A DNA stretch of 64,000 nucleotides from Bugula neritina (taxonomy: Eukaryota > Animalia > Bryozoa), in contig OZ037765.1 of assembly GCA_964035545.1 (NCBI GenBank), positions 34,992,080 through 35,056,079 on the forward strand, in the 5' to 3' direction. Positions 49,241 through 59,293 of this stretch are shown here, piece by piece. The notes below the pieces were generated by a model, which was not told the origin of the DNA, did no database searches, and saw only the letters and a program-made list of their open reading frames with translations. The translations under genes were made by a program, and so were the position numbers. Numbering within the stretch: the stretch's first letter is position 1; the number at the start of each line of letters is the position of its first letter.

Positions 49241-49716
49241 AGGATATCATCCATACAGGGATATCATCTATATAGGGATATCATCTATAGAGGGATATCA
49301 TCTATATAGGGATACCATCTATAGAGGGATATCATCTATATAGGGATACCATCTATAGAGGGATATCATCTATATAGGGATACCATCTATAGAGGGATAT
49401 CATCTATACAGGGATATCATCTATATAGGGATATCATCTATAGAGGGATACAATCCATAGAGGGATATCATCTATACAGGGATATCATCTATACAGGGAT
49501 ATCATCTATATAGGGATATCATCTATAGAGGGATACAATCTATAGAGGGATATCATCTATATAGGGATACCATCTATAGAGGGATATCATCTATATAGGG
49601 ATATCATCCATATAGGGATATCATCTATATAGGGATATCATCTATAGAGGGATATCATCCATACAGGGATATCATCTAATTAGAGGGATATCATCTATAT
49701 AGGGATACCATCTATA
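49241..49716. repeat. 17-bp minisatellite AGGGATATCATCTATA(T/G/C), about 28 copies
   Basis: Direct reading; upstream of the SRRM2 start, probably in a 5' UTR intron. Confidence 0.95.
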
Positions 49717-51301
49717 TATGCATGTTATAGGGACAGGCGCATTGTTGAGTGGCTATAACTACAACCAAATGAGCTCCACCGACAACTATGAGTATCATCA
49801 TGACTAACTCTATCTTTGAGAATATGATCAAGTAATTAACTTAATGAGCACCAATAATAAATTGAAAATATCAGACCACTGCTTTCATGGCTTAAACTAA
49901 TTTGCAAGGTTTATAAAACTGAAAAAGTATTGCATATTTACAATATATGACTCTTAGTAAAAGAAGCAAAAACTGAGCAATGTATATTTAAATTTCAGTG
50001 ATTTCTATTAGTACTACGATGAGTTTGAAATTAAACTTTAATTCAAGATTTTAGGGTTAATCGATATTTATATCAATATAGTATATACACAATCACAATG
50101 ATGATAATTCTATTGCTATTACTATTCTTATTATTATTAATTATAATACCAATAGTTTTACTATTAGCAAAGGTAATACTTGATTAATACTAATGTTCAT
50201 TATTATAATAATACTAGTAGTCAACAAATATTATAATTACAGTAATACCTGATCAAAAGTTAAAAATTAAAGCAACACACTATATCTAATACTTATAATA
50301 ATACGTATACTACTTTTAAGCTTAATGTAATTATATTAACGATCAGATTAACAATCTTTTGTAGGTTGTAGGTTACTTTTTTATTTAACAAAACCAAAAT
50401 GAAAATATTATAATAGTTTTCTATCACAGACAATTAGATACTTGAATATTGGATCAAGTACAGGGCATTCTCACACTGCATTCATATCATAGACAAGCTA
50501 ACCAGGTCTGTTTCGAAGTGCAAATTATTTTTGAATATATATTTACTGACTACAGATGCATACATGTAAAGCATAATTAAAACTATGACACACCCCTTCT
50601 AGCCAACAGCAACAGGGTGGTTTGGTGTTAGACAGGTATACTTAATAATTATTTAGAGTAAAACTGACTGCCACACTGATACTATCAATGACCATTACTC
50701 TTATCTAAAATATACACATAGACATCATACGGTCATAATCAATTTAATGTATTTATTAAAATTATATTAACTATAATTATTAGTTATATAACTATCAAGC
50801 TGAAGCTTAACACTAACAGTAAAGTGTTTATTACTATAAGTATCAGTAAGAGTATGAGTATGGGGAAGTCTAATGAGAGTCAGGATGAGAGTTGGTCACC
50901 GTCTGAGCTTGAAAGTTAGTTATACTTATTGTTAGGTACTGTTAGGGTGAGTTTCGGTGAAAGACGCAGACTGACCTCAACATAAAAATGGAGAATTACT
51001 ACTAGAATTTCAATTAGTATGACACTGAAACTCAAACTCATGAAACAGAGTTAGTCACACTCACTGCCAGTCAGTGACTGTGAGACTGAGTGCGGCTGGC
51101 TGCTCGCTCACGCTTCAAAACTCCTTAATTTTTAAACACTCAAAACAAAATTCGATTCAATAAAACTCAAAGTAAAACTTCAACTTCAAGAGTTCAACTT
51201 GAACTTGAACTGAAAGTGAAAATGCAAATTCAAATCGAGTCGGAATTTCAATGTAAATTTCAGTGAAATTTTTATACTTATCAACTTATACTTATAAGTT
51301 A

Positions 51302-51589
51302 TACCAACATCAATTTCTGCATCCTCACAGACCTTTCAAAACAGTTTTCTCCCTCGAAGCATCAGAGATTTGAGGATACCACCTCATAATAGAAACTCAG
51401 CTTAGCTATGTGCTAAAACCCCTTTAAATTACAATTAAAATATCTAAACTTAGCTACATGCTAGAATAGATACATTTCAACACATGGTAAACCCAAACAA
51501 AAACAACATAAGAGGCACTCATAATTTTGCGCCCGTAGGTTTTAGCAGAGCGTTCTAATTTGTACGAGGTGAGTTACGAGGTGAGTTAC
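51302..51589 (+). mobile_element. 5'-truncated LINE C, relative of LINE A
   Basis: 51304-51405 encodes PTSISASSQTFQNSFLPRSIRDLR..* versus LINE A PTSIYAASKVYFNSFLPRSVRDLK; same (ACGAGGTGAGTT)2AC tail at 51564-51589. Confidence 0.9.
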
Positions 51590-52389
51590 TTATAGTTATA
51601 GTAAATGTAATAGTTTTTCAAATTGAAATGCAAACTAAAAGTAAAAGTAAAAGTGAAACTGTTGCGAACAAACATGATCAATTCATGACCAATATGAATT
51701 AGAATATCAATTAATATTATAATTATGATTATCGGTATGACTATCACTATGAGTATGAGTATGACTATGAGCATGACTGAGATTCAGATTGAGTATGAGT
51801 ATAAATCAAAATATGCCATAGAACAAAAAAACTCAATAGATACAACCTGAAAAAATAATCCCGTTTAATTTATTACCGATTAATAAATAATAAGTTATTT
51901 TACCATAAAAATAGAGATAACGTAGATATTTAAGTTTCAAGTAGTAAAATAAAGGCGATTTCGATACCAATCGTTTTTAACAATAACTGACAGAAGCAAG
52001 TTGAACGAGGGGTTTCCGGTGAATGAAGCGCCTTTGCGCATTTAGGAAATTTCAAGTTGTTATCCGATTCAAATCGCAATTGGGGAAGCAACACCCACGA
52101 AATCAAACTTACTTGTATACCACTGTAAAAATTATTTGTAGCCTAAAACCACTGTCTTCATAGGATAGCAATAGTTACCCTAATTTCACAGTTGAATAAG
52201 TTAACAGATGCCAAATTTGACCTAGGCCTAGAAACATTAGGTAAGTGCAGACAGTCACAGATAATTTCTTTGTTGCATCATATTACTGCTAATAATAATG
52301 ATTTATTTCCAACCTTAAATAACACATTTAAATCTATGAAATCCTCAACCCATAACACGAATACCCGTATTAACGCCTTCAATGCTATA

Positions 52390-52554
52390 GTCTGCGATTC
52401 GAGCCTGTACCTGCAGGGTTTCCTGTTGCGCACTGTCCGGGAGCTCGGTATGGGGGAGATAGTAGCGCATTTCTGAGCCTGGATAGATCCGAGGGACCTA
52501 CAATAACTCTCTCCTAGAAGTCTTGGGACTTAACCCAATCAAAATCAAATCAAA
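52390..52554 (+). mobile_element. Probable SINE fragment with a Nin/Deu-like central domain
   Basis: GC-rich block; B-box-like GATTCGAGCC; GTATGGGGGAG..TGGATAGATCCGAGGGACCTACA resembles my recollection of the Deu/Nin core; 3' hairpin AAGTC-TTGG-GACTT, then an (AATCA)-type tail. Confidence 0.5.
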
Positions 52555-52845
52555 CAGCATTCATATGCTTGTCTCCTCACCATTTATAAAGAGGCAGTCA
52601 CAAGAAGATTAACGGTGACGAACTGGTTTAATTTACTTTATTATTGTACATTATCACGTATTAGAATAAAACAGAAATCAACACTACTTGCAATGTATGT
52701 TCAATAAATAAGTTGCACATAAATTTATAGTTAAAAAATTAAAAATTCCAAGTTAAAACAAGAATGAGCAAATATAAATAGAGAAACTCCAAAGGCAACA
52801 TGGATTGTAGGAAGTAAAACGACTTAAATTATACAACTGGAAGAG

Positions 52846-55800
52846 TTAAGCTGTATCCTTCGACTTTCCTTTCTTTGAATACCACTCATCACTTTTATCT
52901 GCCTCCAGTGCCTAAGAGTATGATATAAGGTATAATATATACTATACAGTATAATATATACTATACAGTATAATATATACTATACAGTATAATATATACT
53001 ATACAGTATAATATATACTATACAGTATAATATATACTATACAATATAATATATACTATAGAGTATAATATAAACTACACGGTATAATATATACTATACA
53101 ATATAATATATACTATAGAGTATAATAAAAACTATACGGTATAATATATACTCTATACAGTATAATATATACTATACAGTATAATATATACTATACAGCA
53201 TACTATACAGTATAATATATACTATAAAGTATGATATGTACTATAAGGTATAATATATACTCTATACAGTATAATATATAATATACAGTATAATATATAC
53301 TTTACGGTATACTATACAGTATAATATATACTATACAGTATAATATATACTATACGGTATAGTATATACTATACAGTATAATACATACTATACGGTATAA
53401 TGTATACTATACACTATACAGTATAACATATACTATAATGATTCACCTGTTTGAGAAGCTCATCAGCTTTAGGGTCAAGTTGAGACAATTCCCGGAATGC
53501 TTTGTCTCCAACAAAACATATTTCATGGCCATCCTGTAACACCACAACACTAGATACATACATTTATGTAATGTATATACAGGTAAGTGTGCATACAGGT
53601 AAGTATACATAGGTAAGTATACAGGTAAATATACACAGGCAAGTGTTTGTACAGGTAAGTATACACAGGTAAGTGTAACACAGGTAAGTATACAGGTAAG
53701 TGTAACACAGGTAAGTATATACAGGTAAGTATATACAGGTAAGTATATACAGGTAAGTGTGCATACAGGTAAGTGTGCATACAGGTAAGTATACACAGGT
53801 AAGTGTAACACAGGTAAGTGTAACACAGGTAAGTATACAGGTAAGTGTAACACAAGTAAGTACACAGGTAAGTATAACACAAGTAAGTACACAGGTAAGT
53901 GTAACACAAGTAAGTACACAGGTAAGTGTAACACAAGTAAGTACACAGGTAAGCGTAACACAAGTAAGTACACAGGTAAGTGTAACACATACGGGATCTG
54001 ACAGAATGACGACCTCCACAGTGGACTTGCCCGGAGTGTCTAAACTGACTAACGGAGTGAGTATCTTATGACCCTTGACCTTCATAACTCTTTCTAGCTC
54101 TGCTAACTACAACACAGTGTATAGTAAGTATATATATTATATTATACTTAAAGCAAGTATGCACAGTAAGTATTTACACATATTATGGTAAGTATAGTAA
54201 ATACACACGTACCTCACTGCGGTCACAGGAAAAAGCTATCCGCCCGAACGCCTTTGCATGATCCACCTCCCCGTCTACCTTTACCAGCTCCAACTTGGCC
54301 TGCACTTTCAAACAACGAAATTGATAAACATACTGGAGTGACACCGGCTGGTAGAATAAATATGATACGCAACCAGCAGTATGTGTCGTGTGAAAGCTGT
54401 GTGGCTTGCGAAACACTGTGTGTCCAATAAGAAAGGGTTTTACATTATAACACATAGAGTAGGGTGAAATGTGAATATAAGCAGCGATTAATCCACTCGT
54501 CCAATCAGAGCTAAGTGAGCACTACTCAGCCAATCAGAGCTAAGTGAGCACTACACAGCCAATCAGAGCTAAGTGAGCACTACACAGCCAATCAGAGCTA
54601 AGTGAGCACTACGCAGCCAATCAGAGCTAAGTGAGCACTACACAGCCAATCAGAGCTAACTGAGCACTACACAGCCAATCAGAGCTAAGTGAGCACTACT
54701 CAGCCAATCAGAGCTAGAGCTGAGAAGGTGTACAATATACGTAATCATCAGGAGTTGTGCCCACCTGAGTGTCAGCATAACCTAAGAGCAAGCTGGTGTC
54801 TGTTTGGGCGTAGCACTTCATGCCCAGCAGAGTGACCCAGTAGTCATGTGACCTCTGTATATCTGAGACTGAGAGAGTCACCTTAACAACAGGATCACCT
54901 GTGGAACACACAGGTCAAGGTTAATATCACACAGGTCAAGGTTAATATCACACAAGATAAACTAAATGCTATAACCAATGCAACATAAAGGTAGAAGCTG
55001 TTCTGTAGAGACATGTCAAGGTAGTCTTTAGCAGTTCTACAGAAACTCTGAGAGATGCAGAATGTCCACATCATGTGCTGAATAATTTGGTACCTTTTAA
55101 AGAGCCTCACATCCCTTCATATTATATTGTATCAGCTTGCATTAGGATACTTTGTGTTGCTTCGTGTTGATTATGTAATAGATGAACAAACCTCAGCAGA
55201 ATTCTCTACATTTACTGGTCCCTCTAGTTAACTAGTAACTACTAGTTTACTAGAGTAACTAGTGACTACTAGTAGTTAACTAGAGTGACTAGTGACTACT
55301 AGTCACTCTAGTTAACTAGTAACTACTAGTAAACTGTAGTAAACTCTAGTAAACTACTAGTAAACTACTAACTACACAGAAAGGACACATACCCTCCTTG
55401 TTTTCACTCAGGATGTGGAAAGGATAACCCCCGGAATCTCTAACAGTGATCCCGGCAGCAGATTGAACGTGACCTTCGACCTCTGCTGCCCTAGCAGCAA
55501 TCTCTTTCCCCTTAATGGTGATGCCCTGTAAGGAGGAGCTGATCATATCACTATCTGTGTATCAGTTGGGGTATAGTACAGGTTATACAGTACTAGTATA
55601 GTAGAGGTTATACAGTACTAGTATAGTACGGGTTATACAGTACTAGTATAGTACGGGTTATACAGTACTAGTATAGTACGGGTTATACAGTATTAGTATA
55701 GTACAGGTTATACAGTACTAGTATGGTACGGGTTATACAGTACTAGTATAGTACAGGTTATACAGTACTAGTATAGTACAGGTTATACAGTATTAGTATA

Positions 55801-57463
55801 GTACGGGTTATACAGTACTAGTATAGTACGGGTTATACAGTACTAGTATAGTACGAGTTATACAGTACTAGTATATTACAGGTTATACAGTACTAATACG
55901 ACAATTAGCAGCGAAAATAAATTATAGATAAATATTAAAGTATTATATAAATTATATAAATATATTTATATTTATATAATACTTGAAACTAAAGTTAAAA
56001 TACTGTACATACCAACATACATGTAACCCATAAGTAGAATTTACCTGAAAGTCATTGCCGAGGGCATAACTCCCAATACCGTAATTATAAGTTAACTCAA
56101 CGACGAAGTGGTTATCTTCACTGCCATAGCCTATCATAGACTTGCTCCACCGCCCGTCATACGGTCTGCAAGATAACATATATATACCAGGTGGAGAAAG
56201 ACCGCAAATACTACTAGCAAGTCTTCAACGTCGGAGAAAAGTAACTGGAGTTATAAGTCAAGCTACTCTCTAAGTTCATGTATGAAGTAACATATTATAT
56301 GTTTGGTAGTAACCAATATACATACATAGATGACAATGTATATAATATGTAGATAGAGTTATATGTATAACCATGTACATACTCAACTCTCTATCACATG
56401 ATATACTGAACTCTATCACATGATATACTGAACTCTATCACATGATATACTGAACTCTATCACATGATATACTGAACTCTATCACATGATATACTGAACT
56501 CTATCACATGATATACTGAACTCTATCACATGATATACTGAACTCTATCACATGATATACTGAACTCTATGATATACTGAACTCTATCACATGATACACT
56601 GAACTCTATCACATGATATACTGAACTCTCTATCACATGATATACTGAACTCTATCACATGATATACTGAACTCTATCACATGATACACTGAACTCTATC
56701 ACATGATATACTGAACTCTATCACATGATATACTGAACAGCAATGAGACTGTGAATCTTACCCGTTGCATGAGGCCTTGCAACCCTCTTCAAACTCCTCG
56801 TGTCTCAAAACCTGAAACAATCAAGCGAATCTCTATGGCAACTGGTAAACAGTTAAGTGAATCTCTATAGCAACTAGTAAACAGTTAAGTGAATCTCTAT
56901 AGCAACTAGTAAACAGTTAAGTGAATCTCTATGGCAACTGGTAAACAGTTAAGTGAATCTCTATGGCAACTAGTAAGCAGATGAGCGAATCTCTATGGCA
57001 ACTGAAGAGATAAACTCTACACAATACTTGAATAAGCTGGTTTCTATAGTAACCGGTACACTAACAAGTACATTTTGAAGGCAGATTCCGCACTGAAGTT
57101 TAGTGAACAATCACATGAAAACTTGCATAAGTTTAATAGTTTAAGAGTGGAGCAGTTCAATAAAGTGTTTGGGCAACTCTAATAATAGAAACTATATTTG
57201 TATGTTATATTTATACACTATACACTAATATACATAATAATATACTAATATACATAATAATATACTAATATACATAATACTATACTAATATACATAATAA
57301 TATAATAATATCTATCATACAGTATTATAGACTGATGTAGATGATACACTAACACACTGATATACATACAAACCTCCATCCCGAGAACATTTTTGAAAAA
57401 ATCAACTGAGGCTTTCCGATTCCCAATCTTGAGAACAAAATGCAAAGCTCGGCGTGACGTCAT
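52846..57463 (-). CDS. GLOD4: Glyoxalase domain-containing protein 4, about 293 aa; exons 57374-57463, 56762-56811, 56045-56165, 55393-55525, 54765-54898, 54213-54299, 53993-54106, 53447-53533, 52846-52911
   Basis: [103 protein letters not shown]. Confidence 0.95.
52925..53437. repeat. 19-bp degenerate minisatellite TATAATATATACTATACAG, GLOD4 intron 8
   Basis: Direct reading. Confidence 0.92.
53577..53989. repeat. 12-16-bp repeat with core CAGGTAAGT, GLOD4 intron 7
   Basis: About 20 exact cores plus variants. Confidence 0.95.
54501..54716. repeat. 29-bp CCAAT-containing minisatellite, 8 copies, GLOD4 intron 5
   Basis: CCAATCAGAG at 54501, 54530, 54559, 54588, 54617, 54646, 54675 and 54704. 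Confidence 0.95.
55571..55895. repeat. 25-bp minisatellite, about 13 copies, GLOD4 intron 3
   Basis: GTAC(A/G)GGTTATACAGTACTAGTATA. Confidence 0.95.
56388..56738. repeat. 22-bp minisatellite, about 16 copies, GLOD4 intron 2
   Basis: CTCTATCACATGATATACTGAA. Confidence 0.95.
56827..57004. repeat. 32-bp minisatellite, about 5.5 copies, GLOD4 intron 1
   Basis: GAATCTCTAT(G/A)GCAACT(G/A)GTAAACAGTTAAGT. Confidence 0.92.
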
Positions 57464-58613
57464 GGTGACCTGAAATATTGGACAGTCTAAGCCACACCTC
57501 CACAAGCCCCACCCCCTCCCCACCAGTCACAATAACTACCTCATCAAATGTACAGATCTTTATTTAATAATTCAATAAGAGTTTTCTGGTATATAAATAA
57601 TATATAACATAATATTTAAAAGCTGCTTATACTGGTACTAATTAAACTCCTGATTGACCAAAATCTAATGCTAGCAGTTGTTCTATAAGGTTATAGTAAT
57701 TTATTATGCTAGTTATTGCTAATTATTATTGATAATTCATTTACAATCATACAGGAAACAAAAAGATGACTGAAATTTAGTAGCAGTAATAAAAGGAGGT
57801 ATAAAACTAACTTGGAGGTAAAATTGTTATTAATGATTACTTATAGTTATGCTGATGAACGATGGAAATAACATATTCATACTGATACCCATAGTGATAG
57901 TCATACTGATATTCATACTGATACCCATAGTGATAGTCATTAAGATGACTTATGTATTCATACTAATACTAATACTAAGTCATGAACATATCTTATAGTT
58001 AACTTATATACTAAGTCCCATAGTCATACTGATACTAATAGTCATGATTTACGGAAATGAGGCATATACTAATACTTAACTTACACTTATAGTCTACAAT
58101 ATACTTACAGAATTACTATTGCACTATTAGTATTACTATTAGATATTAATATTATACATATACTTATTCTTATACTCGCTTATACTTATAGTTATAGTCA
58201 TATAGACATACTCACTATTACTAATACTAATGCAGTATTACTATTAGTATTAGTATTAGTAATACTATTAGTAAATGTAATACCCAGAGTTAGTCTGATC
58301 TCATAGTCATAGTGATACTAATAGTGACAGATAGTGATACAGTGATACTGACAGTCAAACACAATCACTATCAGTCAATGTCAACAACTTCGAGAAGAAA
58401 ATGACTTATACTTATAGTTATAGTAGTTATACTTATAGTGATTTACTATTAGTATTAGTATTACTATTACTATTAGTATTATTATTAGTATTACTATTAC
58501 TATTAGTATTAGTATTATAGACTATAGTCAATCTCCTAAACTTAGAGATAATGACACTCACACTGAGTCTGATACTAACAGTAACATGTACTTATAGTTA
58601 TAGACTATAGACA

Positions 58614-59293
58614 TACTTGACTTACTTGACTTACTTGAAGATGCAATCACGTTAGACCACTAGATTAGTGTAAGCGACGTGCCTCGTTTGGTGAACAGAA
58701 TTATTAAATGTAGTTAATACTTTTATCGCATAAGTGCAGTTCTGTTTTAAGACTTTGGTGCCAGTACAGGGCCTTATGAGTCCTGTCTGTGAGCAACATT
58801 TGATGTTATTTTCATATCACGTATTGTTCTGGGTAGGAAGCTGGCATGAAATAGTGAGGTGTTAGTTCTAAAAGTGGTGGGCATGCCATTTGACTGGGAC
58901 CTGGTGGTAACTGATGTAGTGGGCTGATCGATGAGGTGTTCATACGACTTTGAGAGTGAAGGATGATATTCCTCTTTGGCCAGGATCCGCATCAAGAGAC
59001 TAAGTCGTAGGTCTTTGCGCCTGTTTTGCAGGGGGGTTAATCCAAGCCTAGATCTTGCCTCATCTGAGCCAACCCTGCCTTTAATACCTGCCACAAATCT
59101 CACAGCCTGCTCTTGCACTTGCTCAATATCTACTACAGCCTTCTTGGAGCTCGGGTCCCACACAGCAGCAGCATATTCTAGGTGAGGACGACACAGGGCT
59201 TTGTATGCTATTAACTTCGCCTTTTCTGGTGCCCAATACAGTGCCCTTTTAATCATCCCGAGTTGTCGTTTTGCTGTGAGTAATTTCTGCTGT
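58614..59293 (-). mobile_element. 5'-truncated LINE B (same clade as LINE A, different family)
   Basis: ORF 58774-59256 has KLIAYKALCRPHLEY..WDP, RLSLLMRIL and SFLPRTIRDMK, which align with the LINE A C-terminus; tail (TCAAGTAAG)2TCAAGTA at 58614-58638. Confidence 0.9.

Noticed and set aside
52561-52575. 15-nt match TCATATGCTTGTCTC to the 18S rRNA 5' region (possible SNORD27-like guide on the minus strand)
   Set aside because: Box C is imperfect (ATGGTGA), no CTGA follows the guide, and a match this long is plausible by chance; snoscan or Infernal would settle it.
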